Part shown: one piece after another, positions 16,941-30,822 of the stretch
Numbering within the stretch: position 1 is the first letter of the stretch
Layout: each line of letters begins with the position of its first letter
NCBI RefSeq assembly: GCF_009914755.1
Contig: NC_060936.1
Direction: 5' to 3' (one strand)
DNA from: the human T2T-CHM13v2.0 reference genome, Homo sapiens
DNA length: 64,000 nt
The notes under the pieces: model-generated
Database searches by the model: none
What the model was told of the DNA's origin: nothing
What the model saw: the letters and a program-made list of their open reading frames with translations, nothing else
Made by a program: the position numbers and the translations under genes

Positions 16941-17635
16941 TATATTATCTGTGTGACAGTTAGGGTAGCAGTAGCTGTTATCACAAAGAAATCCCAAACC
17001 TTAATGGATGAACACAAGGTAATAATTGTCCATTTTTTCCACCTAGCAGATGTAGGACCTGGAAGACCTTGGCATCCAGCCAACAAACAGGGGTGGGAGA
17101 GGGACAGAGATGGCAAACCCACTTCTTAAGCACCTTGGCCCAGGAATGACACCCCTCATTTCCACTCTCATTCCATGGGAGCACCAGCTGCGTGGCTGAA
17201 CCTGGAGGGCAGCGGGGCTGGGAGACGTTACCCCAGGCTCTTCAGTGGCCATTCTCCACTGTGAGAAGGGGGAACTGGAATAAGGGATGCCCTCTCTGCT
17301 GCAAAGTGTGAGCCAAAGGTCTGTGGAATTGACCGAGTTTTTACCCAGGGGAAAGGATGAGGAAGGGATAAGGGACTTCCCTCCCGGCAGGGGTGCCCTC
17401 CTGTGAAAGGCTTAGAGGTGAGAGAGTGTGGTGTGTTATGGGGGCCTGGGGAGTGAATTACAGGGTTTAACAGTATTGGAGGGAGGGCCCTGGTAGGGCT
17501 TCAGTATTAGGCAGATACCAAATTGTGATGGGTTTTGTATCCTTGGAGTTTGGGATTTATCCTCAGGGCGACAAGGCAACATTAGAGGGTTTTAAATTAG
17601 GAATGATGTAATTAGTTTTTTACTTAAGAAATATA

Positions 17636-17935
17636 CTGGTCAAAGGGTACAAACCTTCACTTATAAGGTGAACAAATACTGGAATCCTGGGGTTCAGCAT
17701 GGTGACTATAGTTATTAACAATGTATTCTCTGTTTTAAATTTACCAAGAGTAGATCTCAAGTGTTCTCAACACACACACACACAAAGTAACCATGTGAGG
17801 TGATGGATATGTTAACAAAGTTGATTGTGGTAATGACTTTGCAATGTATATGCATATCAAAACATCATGTTTTGCACGGCCTAATAGATATACAATTTTT
17901 TATTTGATGATTATACCTCAATAAAGCTGGAAGAA
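17636..17935 (+). mobile_element. L1MA9/10-like 3' end
   Basis: ggtcaaagggtacaaac...ttatacctcaataaagctgg. Confidence 0.82.
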
Positions 17936-18395
17936 AGATAAACATAGAACATCGGGGCCACAGTGAGAGAACCGACTGGACAGGATGCAAAGAGAAGAGA
18001 GCAGCTCAATCAGGATAGGCCACATAGGAGAGAATGTGGTGGCTTGAACAAAATCAGATGCTGCTCTGAGGGTGAAGGGAAATGGATGCCTCGACGGGAG
18101 TGTCAGGAGATATCTCTGCTTTCCCTTTGCCCAAGCACTGAAGAGGCACAAGTCCAAGTCCCGCCTCCCCCAGGAGCTCCACCCTCCTTGGTTCCTACAG
18201 GTCTTAGGATCACGATCAAATAATTTAACCTTTCATTAACATATTTTCTTTAAGCTAAAACTCCCTCAATTGTACAATGCACCAATATTATTTTGTACCA
18301 CTAAGAAAGAATGAAGGATGCTAACTGAAAATTTAAGGTGTTGTTAGATAGAAAATGCATTTCACTTTTAGGAATATTAAAATGTGAAAGAATGT

Positions 18396-18470
18396 TCATT
18401 AAATAACTTATTATAATAATTCATTAAATAACAATTATAATATAGTTCATTAAATAACTAATTATAATAC
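18396..18470. repeat. Three tandem copies of an about 25-bp AT-rich unit (ttcattaaataacttaattataata)
   Basis: Direct reading. Confidence 0.85.
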
Positions 18471-18597
18471 AGAATATAAATTCTGTAGTTTTTTTATGTC
18501 TGTCTTAAGCTAGTCTGAGTTCTTTGAGGACATGGACTGTAGTTTACATTTCTGCAAAATCCTTGGGACCCATATTTAATCCAGGAAGATAACAGTT

Positions 18598-18847
18598 GGC
18601 TGGGCATAGTGGCTCATGCTTGTAATCCCAGCACTTTGGGAGGATGAGACAGGCGGATCACCTGAGGTCAGGAGTTCAAGACCAGCCTGGCCAACTTCGT
18701 GAAACCCTGCCTCTACTAAAAATACAAAAATTAGCCTGGTGTGGTGGTGCGCACCTGTAATCCTAGCTACTCAGGAGGCTGAGGCAGGAGAATCACTTGA
18801 ACCCAGGAGGCAGAGGTTGCAGTGAGCCAAGATCGCACCACTGCACT
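18598..18847 (+). mobile_element. AluSx-like, 3'-truncated
   Basis: Stops at gcaccactgcact with no tail. Confidence 0.93.
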
Positions 18848-18849
18848 GT

Positions 18850-19690
18850 GGAGGAGGTGGGAGTTTTATCTATAAGCCCCTGAATGGGGCTGCTGCCTTT
18901 CTTTTAGAGATGCCCTGCCAAGAGAGGAGGAATCTAGAGAGGTGGTCTGGCTACAGTGGCTTTGCCAAGCTGTGGTGGGCTTCTCTCAGTTTGAACTTCC
19001 CAGTGGCTTTGTTTCCACTGTGTGGGGTAAAACCACCTACTCAAGTCTCAGTAGTGGCGGACGCCCCTCCTCGCACCAAGCTTGAGCATCCCAGGCTGAG
19101 TTCAGACTGCTGTGCTGGCAGCAAGAATTTCAAGCCAGTGTATCTTAGCTTGCTGGGCTCCGTGGGGGTGGGATCCACTGAGCTAGACCACTTGGCTCCC
19201 TGGCTTCAGCCCCCTTTCCAGGGGAGTGAGCAGCTCTGTCTTGCTGGTGTTCTAGGCCCACTGGGGTATGAAAAAAAGACTCCTGTAGCTGCCTTGGTGT
19301 TTGCCCGAACGGCTGCCCAATTTTGCGCTTGAAACCTAGGGCCCTAGTGGTGTAGGCACCAGAGGGAATCTCCTGGTTTGCGGGTTGTGAAGACCATGGA
19401 AAAAGCGTAGTATCTGGGCCGGAGTGAACTGTCCCTCACGACACAGTCCCTCACGCCTTCCCTTGGCTACAGGAGGGAGTTCCCCGACCCCCTGTGCTTC
19501 CCTGGTGAGGGTGACGCCCCACCCTGCTTCAGCTTGCCTTCATTGGGCTACACCCACTGTCTAGCCAGTCCCAATGAGATGAGCCGGGTACCGCAGTTAA
19601 GAATGCAGAAATCGCCCACCTTCTACATTGATCTTGCTGGGAGCTGCTGACCAGAGCTGTTCCTATTTGGCCATCTTGCCAGCCACTCTG
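18850..19690 (-). mobile_element. L1PA7/8-like 5'UTR only
   Basis: gagctgttcctatttggccatcttgcc at the L1 5' end (YY1 site 19669-19678); ggagttttatctataagcccctg at the inner end. Confidence 0.9.
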
Positions 19691-20524
19691 GCATTTATCT
19701 TAAATCTGAATATATTTTAATTTTTTAGAGTCTTTTCTCATCTTTCATGACTTTGATTGTTTTGAACCATTCTGGTCAGTGATTTTGAAGACTGCCTCCC
19801 AATTTGGATGTGTATTGCATTTTCTCGTGGTTTAACTGAAGTCATGATTGTTGGATAGCATATCACAGAAGTGGGGGAGCCTCCTTATCACACTGTAATC
19901 AGGGGGTGTAAATGTCAACATGACATCACTGGTGGTGTTAACCTAGATCATTTGGCTGAAGTCCTGTCAGCCAGGATTATCCACTGTAAGGTTACTATTT
20001 TTCTCTTTATAATAACTATAAATTTTGAGAGATATTCTTTAAGACTCTGCAAATATCCTGCATCTGCTTAAATTTTCAAACATTAATATTAACATCTCTG
20101 GGTAAATGTTGTCTGTAGTGATTATAACTTAGGTATTCTAGCAGTGGTTTTCCATTTCCCTCATTTTTTTTACAATCACTAATTGGAATTTTCTGTAGGG
20201 AAGGGTATCTGAGACAGTATCATCTCCCACATTGAGTTTTTTCAGTTATTTGGTTCTATATAAGCATGAACTTAAGGAAATTGATGTTATTCTCTTGTTT
20301 ACTATTCAATAGAATTTTTATTTATGTTGTTGCTAAAATTGTCTCAACTTTTGCTCCTAGCATCTCTTTCAGGTTGGTCTCCTGTCACTTTGATGTGTGT
20401 GTGTGTGTGTAGTATTTCCTTACTGGTGTTACAAGATGCTCCAGCTCATCTTGTATTTTCTCTATCCAGCCCTAGAATTTACAAGTTCTCCGAGGAGTCC
20501 TGGTGTCTTTTATTGATGAATGGT

Positions 20525-22824
20525 TGATATGGTTTGGCTATGTGTCCCCACCCAAATCTCATCTCCAATTGTAATTCCCACATGTTGAGGGAGGTTCCCA
20601 GTGGGAGGTGATTGGATCATATAGTAAGGGGATTCTCATGAAATCTCATTGTTTGATAAGTGTCTGACACTTCCCCATTCTCTCTATATCTCTTTTGCCA
20701 CCTTGTGAAGAGGGTGTTTGTTTCCCCTTAACCTTCTGTCATGATGTAAGTTTCCCGAGGCCTCCCCAGCCATGTGGAACTGTGAGTCAATTATGCCTCT
20801 TTTATTTATAAGTTACCCAGTCTCAGGTATTCCTTATAGCAGTGTGAAAATGGACTAATACAGGAAATTGGTACTGAGATAGTGGGGCATTACTATAACA
20901 TACCTGAGAATGTGGAAATGACTTCAAAACTAGGTAACAGGGAAAGGTTGGAACAGATTGGAGGGCTCAGAAGACAGAAAGATATGGGAAAGTTTAGACC
21001 TTCTTAGAGACTTGGTGAATGGTTTTGACAAAAATGCTGATAGTGATAGGGACAATTATGTCCAGGCTGAGGCGGTTTCAGATGGAGATGAGGAACTTAT
21101 TGGGAACTGGAGTAAAGATCACTCACGCTATGCTTTAGCAAAGAGACTGGTGGCATTTTCCCCTGCCCTAGAGATCTGTGGAACCTTGAACTTGAGAGAG
21201 ATGATTTAGGGTATCTGGTGGAAGAAATTTCTAAGCAGCAAAGCATTTAAAATGTGACCTGAAAGTGTTCCATTATATGCGTTCACAAAGGGATGGTTTG
21301 AAATTGGAACTTATGTTTAAAAGGGAAGCAGAGCATAAAGGTTTGGAAAATTTGTAACCTGACCATGTGGTAAAGAAAAACCCATTTTCTGGGGAGGAAT
21401 TCAAGCCCACTGCAGAAATTTGCATAAGTAACAAGGAGCAGAATGTTAATAGCCAAGACAATGGGGAAAATGTCTCCAGGGCATATCAGCAATCTTGGCA
21501 GCAGCATCTTCCATCACAGGTCCAGAGGCCAAGGAGGGGAAAATGGTTTCATGGGCCAGACCCAGGGCCCCACTGCTCTGTGCAGCCCTGGGACATGGCA
21601 CCCTGCATTCCAGCCACTCTAGCTGTGGTTAAAAGGGACCAAGATGCAGCTAAGGCCATTGCTTCAGAGGGTGCAAGCCCCAAGCCTTAGTGGCTTCTGC
21701 ATGGTGTTGGGCCTGTGGGTGCACAGAAGACAAGAGTTGAGTCTTGGGAGCCTCCACTTAGACTTCAGAGTATGTATGGAAATGCTTGGATGTCCAGGCA
21801 GAAGTCTGTTGCAAGGGCAGAGCTCTCATAGAGAACCTCTACTAGGTCAATGCAGAGGGGAAATGAGGGATTGGAGCCTTCACACAGAGTCCCCAGTGGG
21901 GCACTGCCTAGTGGAGCTGTGAAAAGAGGGCCACCGTCTTCCAGACCCCAGAATGGTAGATCCACCAACAGCTTGCACCATGCACTTGGAAAAGTGATTG
22001 GCACTCAATGCCAGCCCAGGAAAGCAGCTTTGGGGGCTGTACCCTGCAGAGGCACAGGGGTAGAGCTGCTCAAGGCCTTGGGAGCCCACCCCTTGCATTG
22101 GTGTGCCCTGGATGTGAGACTTGGAGTCAAAGGAGATTATTGTGGTGCTTTAAGATTTAATGAGTACCCTGCCAGTTTGTGGACTTGTATGGGGTCTGTG
22201 GCCCCTTTCTCTTGGCCAATTTCTCCTATTTGGAATGGGAACATTTACCCAATACCAGTACCCCCATTGTATCCTGGAAGTAACTAATTTGTTTTTTATT
22301 TTACAGGTTCACAGGCGAAAGGGACTTGTCTCAGATGACACTTTGGATTGGACTTTTCAGTTAATGCTGGAATGAGTTAAGACTTCAGGGGACTGTCAGA
22401 AAGGCATGATTGGTTTTGAAATGTGAAAAGAACATGAGATTTGGGAGGCATCAGGATGGAATAATATGGTTTGGCTCTGTGTCCCCACCCAAATTTCATC
22501 TCAAATTGTAATCCCCACACGTTGAGGGAGGAATCTGGTGGGAGGTGACTGGATCATGGGGGTAGTTTCCCCCTTGTTCTCATGATAGCGAGGGAGTTCT
22601 CACAAGATTTGGTATTTGATAAGGGTCTGGTGCTTCCCCTTTCTCTGTCTCTCTCTCTCTCCTGCCGCCTTGTGAAGATGATGCTTGCTTCTCCTTCTGC
22701 TATGATTGTAAGTTTCCTGAGGCCTCCTCAACCATGGGGAACTGTGAATCAATTAAATCTCTTTTATTTATAAATGACCCAGCCTCAGGTATTCTTTATA
22801 GCAGTGTGAAAATGGACTAATACA
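20525..22824 (+). mobile_element. Complete THE1 (THE1D-like) MaLR: LTR 20525-20862, internal 20863-22461, LTR 22462-22824
   Basis: Both LTRs run t(g/a)atatggtttggct...ggactaataca; internal ORF remnant SDGDEELIGNWSK. Confidence 0.93.
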
Positions 22825-23267
22825 ATCGAATTTAGAAATCAAGACCTGGGTGCTAGCTGTACTCATTCCTGCTGGGGTGTCACTGCTTCTAACCCATCTT
22901 CGTGGAGGGAGCTAGGAGATATGTATACATACTAACATTCTTTGCATGTTAATAGCAAATATATGCATTTACATTACAAAGATTCACATGGTTCACCAAG
23001 GCTTTTTACAAAAAGTAGCAGTTCTCATTTCCCTCCTTCCAGAGGCAATCCCTGCCATTTTATTATATTCCACCATTTATTATTTTTATATTTATTGCCA
23101 TTTTATTATTTTCTATTTTAAACAAAATAAATATTTCTATTTTATTATTTATCTCTATGTATTTCAATAACAAACCTATATTGCTATTTTTGTCCTTATT
23201 TGGAGATTTTTTTTTCTTCCCGTAGCATCTCCATTTCCTCCAAGTTGCTATTTGTTTTGGAATCTAC

Positions 23268-23631
23268 TTTATTTTTTTTTATTTTTTGAGATGGAGTCTC
23301 GCTCTGTCGCCCAGGCTGGAGTGCAGTGGCGTGATCTCGGCTCACTGCAACCTCTGCCTCCTGGGTTCACGCCATTCTCCTGCCTCAGCGTCCTGAGTAG
23401 CTGGGACTACAGGTGCCCACCACCACGCCCAGCTAGTTTTTATTTTTAGTATTTTTATTAGTATTTTATATATATTTTATATATATTTATTTTAGTATTT
23501 AATTTGTAGTTTTAGTAGAGATGGGGTTTCACCGTGTTAGCCAGGATGGTCTCCATCTCCTGACCTCGTGATCCACCCGCCTCAGCCTCCCAAAGTGCTG
23601 GGATTACAGGCGTGAGCTACCGCGCCTGGCC
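23268..23631 (-). mobile_element. AluY-like with expanded middle linker
   Basis: gggttcacgccattc and ccgtgttagccaggatgg diagnostics; TSD ttggaatcta. Confidence 0.92.
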
Positions 23632-23672
23632 TTGGAATCTATTTTTTATGCAAGAAGCTCTCTCTGTCCCAG

Positions 23673-23708
<36 letters not shown>

Positions 23709-25002
23709 TGTATTTCCTATATCCTTAGTTTTCTGCTCAGATCAAAGAGTGGGGAACATCACAGTTCAGCATGTCATGGGGCTTGTCTTTGGTGGGCTTC
23801 ACTGTAGATGGTCAGGTGGGCTACTTCAATTAGGAAGCCCTAATGCCAATACACTTAGACTTATCCACATGGGCTGGTCAAATTTTCTAGACAGTTTTCA
23901 ACCTCCTTTCTGGAGGGTGGAGCCCTAGTTGTAAGAATGTAGACCCCAACTGGAGAACGGTTTTATGTCTCTGTGTTCTGGATATTTACATGTAAACTGG
24001 GCCTGGTTTACACGTAGATATCCAGATACCCATGCTCAGTCCAGAGGTTGTTTACTTAAAAGGATGAATATCAGTATTTTTTAGAAGGGCTAAAAATGTC
24101 TTAACTCTGTTTCTACTCTCATGTTTAGAGGCACCTGGTGCTAAATTTTCCTGAGTATTTGGGGGTTTCTGTAGCACGAATTGAATTGACTCCTGATTTC
24201 CCAGACTGTGAATGGTTCATCGTTCTTGATCTACTGCTGGAATTAAGCATCCAAAAGTTTATGTCCATGGTTTCTGCTCCTAAATTCTTTGTCACTGTGG
24301 TTTAAACAAGAAGATATCTCTCTGTCCCAGTCTCTGCCTCTGCCTCAGTGTCTCTCTGTCTCTATTTCCTATCTCCTTAGTTTTAAAGGCTTTATGCCTT
24401 TAAAAATTGATTTATGCTTCCTTTAGTGCTGTCTTGAAAACAAGTAAAAGTAACTGCTTATGTTAATCTATAATATTTAACACAAGCAGATTCACTGAAT
24501 TTTTAATTATTCATTTAATTACTTCATTATATACAGACAAAATTATAATGTGGTATGAAATTCAAACTTTTGAAACTAAGGAATTCAATTTTAAGTCACA
24601 TTTAGTCCCTTAAATTATTCTTTGGTTTTTGGTGCCTTCTAGTTAGTTAAAAACAAATAAACGATCATGGATTGGTGATGATAAATATGTTTCTTTTTTC
24701 TTTTCTTATTTTAGTAGTTTTGGGTGAAAGCTAAGAATTTTGTGGAATTAGAGAAAGGTGGAATAAAGGAAACAAGAAAGTAAAGACCTATAAACAGTTT
24801 TTGTTTTTTCTGTTATGATTTCCTTTTACCATTCAATTTTTCAGATTAAAAATAAAATCTCAATCAAAACACCTACATAACTGCTCTTTGCAGTTCCATA
24901 GAGCAGAGACAAAAGGTAATAAGGTATTCATAACTTAAGTTTTCCCTTTAAAAGCTACATTGATTGGGTCAATAGATTTTTGTGCCAAATAATGACGAGT
25001 GA

Positions 25003-25374
<372 letters not shown>

Positions 25375-25890
25375 GATCAATAGGTATTATTAGCTTTTTT
25401 TTTCCTACAAAATCAACCCAGTAAGGGAGTAATAGAGAGTATCTCATCTTTATCTTAGCCAGTGAATAAAGAATCTTTTTACATTTACAATTCAAATTAT
25501 TACTATATACCTGAATCCTCTTTGCATTTTATCTTTATTTCCATGATGATCATATTAACTGTCATTCACTTCATAGACAATGGCATATTCTCTGCATCAT
25601 ACAGTAATTGGGGTATAATTTGCAAGTCAAAGACTAAATCAATTCATCCTATAGGATGCTATCCTTTCTTTTATCAAGATTGAAATTAAAATATTTTTAG
25701 AAAGTATTTATATAATTTTTCTTGCTTGGTTTAACTTACACTTCAGTATTTGCGTTCTTTTGTGATGGTGGTGGGAGAGACCTCGAAGGAATGAAATATA
25801 CCATTAGGTGCAGTAAACTTATCCCTTGATTCATAAAGCAGCTATTGGCTCTAATTTTATATTTAGTATTTGAATTCATTAAAGTCATAA

Positions 25891-26297
<407 letters not shown>

Positions 26298-26625
26298 AAC
26301 TTTTTCTTACTTTTACAATGATTGTTCATAAAGTTAAAGAAATGAAGAAAAATATCAGCTGACTAAGAAAAGATGTTGAAATGACACACAAGGAAGACAG
26401 ATTTGCCACTAGGCTGGAGAACGTGGGTGAAGCGTGAGATGACCCACTCTCCAGAACGAGGAGGCACCAGGGACAGTGGTTCTGTCATGTTGAATGTCTT
26501 GCTATTTATTAACACTATCATTCCTAGGACTGGTGAAATGTGTGCTTTTTATATGGATATTTAAGTGTATTCCAGGGGCAGCTTCATCCTTTCTCAATTT
26601 CATGATTTTTAGAAGTAGCAAGAAG

Positions 26626-26949
<324 letters not shown>

Positions 26950-27045
26950 TTATTTTGCAAATTGCAGTGGTGGGTCTCTTCCTTATCATAGTTGTCTATG
27001 GATTTTAATTCCAGAACCCCTTCATAGATAAACTTTGGTGTTTAA

Positions 27046-27657
<612 letters not shown>

Positions 27658-27971
27658 TGACGGATGGAGTCAGAACTAGTGATTCCCATGGGCTCTGGCT
27701 CTCAGCCCGCTGGATTTGTGTGCAAGCCGGAGGGTGTGTCTTAGACCCTTGACCCTATGTTCTTCTTCATAAACTAAGTGTTGTTTCTGATCTCACAGTG
27801 GGCCTTCTACATTCTCCTTTTTGATTTTTACAGTTTCTCTCCTCACACTTCCTACCAGTCACTCTCACATTTCACACCTCTTAGAGTATCCTCCTATAGT
27901 GGGGTCCCAAGATTTCAAATTTGCTTCTTGGGAAAAAATATTTTTCGCCTTAGAAACCATCTCACCTGTAG

Positions 27972-28445
27972 ACCTGTGCTGTCCAATATGGTAGCCTAGC
28001 CATCTGTGTCTATTTAAATTAATGAAACTAGTTTCTCATTTGCACTAGCTATGTTTCAAGTGCTTAGTAGGCACGCATAGCTAGTGGTGACTCCATTGGG
28101 TGGTGCTGATATGAGCCATTTCCAGCACTGTGCTCTATTGGGCAGTGCTGATATCAGCCATTTTCCAGCACTGTGTTCTATTGGGCAGTGTTTATGTAAG
28201 TCATTTCCAGCTCTGTGTTCTATTGGGTGGTGCTGATATAAGCCATTTTCCAGCACTGTGTTCTATTGGGCAGTGTTTATATAAGTCACTTCTAGCACTG
28301 TGTTCTATTGGGCAGTGCTGATATAAGCCATTTTCCAGCACTGTGTTTCTGGGCAGAATTGATATAAGTCATTTCCAGTATTATATTGGACAGTGCTGAT
28401 ATAAGCCATTTCCAGCAAGGTGGACAGTTCCATTGGGTGGCGCTG
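27972..28445 (-). mobile_element. MER3 (hAT-Charlie MITE) with tandemly amplified terminal segment
   Basis: ctgtgctgtccaatatggtagc start; tttcaagtgcttagtagg; terminal attgggtggcgctg. Confidence 0.8.
28095..28431. repeat. Minisatellite of 8 units, mostly 42-43 bp
   Basis: Unit starts at 28095, 28137, 28180, 28222, 28265, 28307, about 28348 and 28385. Confidence 0.95.
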
Positions 28446-28683
28446 TTATCTAGAGCTCAAGCTTCAGGAAGGAAGACTCTTGTTTCGTTTGCTCAGCCAG
28501 CACCTAGCAACACTGCTGGTCTGCGACAACTGTTCATTTATTTATTTAGTTATCAAGCTATATGTAGGTATTTGCAAATTGGCTACTTCTTTTATGTTTC
28601 CCCCAAAGTGCATGAGCTTAAATTCCTAGACCCATTGGGTGTATCTCAGCCTCTATGAAGTATTATAAATGTCTTCCTAGTTA

Positions 28684-29387
28684 CTAAAAGTAGAACTACT
28701 ATATGATTCAGCAACCCCGCTACTGGGTATCATCCAAAGGAAAAGAAATCAGTATATCAAAGAGATACCTGGACTCGCATGTTTTTTGCAGCACTATTCA
28801 CAATAACAAAGATGTGGAGTCAATCTAAGCACCTATCAATGGACGAATGGATAAAGAAAAATGTGGTTTACGTACACAATGGAACACTATCTGGCCACAA
28901 TAAAGAGTGGAATGTCATTTGCAGCAATATGGATGAAACTGGAGGTCATGATGTTAAGTGAAATAAGCTAGGCACAAAAGGGCAAATATCTCATGTTCTC
29001 ACTCATATGGGGGAGCTATAATGGCTGATCTCAGGAAGGTAGAGAGCAGAATAACAGATACCAGAGGCTGGGAAGGGGGAACGCATGAATGGTGGGTGTG
29101 AAGAAAGGTCAGTTAATGGGTACAAACATACAGTTAGATGGAAGATACAAGTTCTAATGTTCTATAGCAGAGTAGGGTGACTATAGTTAGCAATAATGTA
29201 TTGGATATTTTTTAAGTAGCTAGAAGAGAGGGCTTGAAATATTCCCAACCAACACGTAGAAATGATAGATACTTAAGGTGATGAACACCCCAAATACCCT
29301 AACTTGATCATTTCATGTTCTATGCATGTAATAAAATATCACATGTACTTCATAAATATGCAACATGTTATGTATCAACAAAAAAAG
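28684..29387 (+). mobile_element. L1MA4/5-like 3' end
   Basis: MFFAALFTITKMW remnant; 3'UTR ending tatgtatcaacaaaaaaa. Confidence 0.85.
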
Positions 29388-30649
29388 TCCTCAGTTCTCA
29401 GCTGAGTCGCTGATGGATGCGTTACACCGTGTCATTACTCTGTGATTACTCTGTTACATTGATTTTCCATCTGTCCTGGCTGTATATTCTGGAGAACTTC
29501 CTTCTACAACCAGTAGTTTCAGAAGTTGTCAAGGGTTAACACTGGGAGACACTGAGTCAGGTGCTTTACTTGAGTTTTACTGTGTGGCCAGGCCCAGTGG
29601 ACAAACTCATCAAAAAGAACCACAATCACTTGTCCCATTGCTTTTTCTTGCCCTTGCTTACTTCTCACTTCTTGAAATTCTTTGAATGCTATCCTGTTGC
29701 ATTGGCAGCTGTTCGTATCCATTTAAATCTCTCCAAATCAGCAAGTTCAACTTGCCTTTTCCTTGGTAATTAACTGACACAGATGTTATCATGTGTGGTA
29801 CTTGTTTGGAGAATCAATATAAGCACTGGCATTTTTTCCCATCTACCCTGAGCACCACTTTTTAAAAAATTTTACATTAAAGGGAGGAAGTTGACAGAGA
29901 TATGTTCTCATTTTGTTCATCTTAGTGGGAAGAGTCAACCTTTCATGTTCTTCATACGATGACGGGAGTGGCCCCACTAATTCACACTCTGACCACAGTG
30001 ATGCAAACGGCCACATTTCTGTTGCCACAAGGAAGGGCACTCTAAAATATTTTTGCCTAATAGAAATCACATTATTTCTTTTGTTCAATATGATTTTGCA
30101 ACTTTGGAAATCTTTTAAAACTAATAAGGTGTTGAGGATTCGCCAGATGTTCCTTATCCTCCACACATCTTTGCCCTTTTGAAAACAGAGTGTCTCTATA
30201 AGCATTGTTAGCAAATGCTTTTGGTTATACATTTCCACAAAAGAATGCTACCTTTTGCAATTTTGTACCAGCATTTTATTTCTTGAGACTGGAAATATCA
30301 AATACTGCATAAAATATTAGTACTTCAAAAATATATTCCCTCCTCCTAAATTTAAATGTTCAACACTGGTACATATTAAAGAAAGTGAATATGACTTTTG
30401 CACTGGCATTTGGATTATGCATGTCATTTACTGTTTGAGGGATTTTTCCCCTTTGTGACCTGAGGTTCAAGTAATCAATGTAGAAAGGCATTATTTAACA
30501 TATTTCCCTCCGATCTCATTATTGATCAGCTGAGATTTCTAAAGATGAAGAAGAGCATAAAATAAAATGGGAATAACTGCAGACACTGAACCCACATCTC
30601 ACAGGAAAAGAAGGAGGAAGAAGTGTGTGTTGGGAGTAGATTTATCATT

Positions 30650-30822
30650 ATACCAAGTAACAATGCAGGATCCACGGTTAAATTTGAAGTTCAGATAAAT
30701 GATGAACAGTTTTTAGTATCAGTATATTCAGAGCAATATTTGGGATATACTTATACTATAAATTTATAATTTATCTGAAAATAAAATGTAGTTGGATGTT
30801 CTATACATTACCAGACAACCCT
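30650..30822. mobile_element. MER53 palindromic hAT MITE
   Basis: ttaaatttgaagttcagataaa...tttatctgaaa inverted arms; end gacaaccct. Confidence 0.78.

Noticed and set aside
20958-22375. Cluster of overlapping ORFs
   Set aside because: Decayed THE1 internal sequence.
26414-26454. Short hairpin ctggag...gtgggt / acccactctccag
   Set aside because: About 13 bp with a bulge; plausible by chance in 64 kb.
28095-28431. CRISPR-like array
   Set aside because: Units are contiguous with no unique spacers, there are no cas genes, the context is primate, and the unit derives from MER3.
29913-30238. Overlapping ORFs and a possible minus-strand exon near 29940-30020
   Set aside because: Splice signals are weak and there is no recognisable homology.
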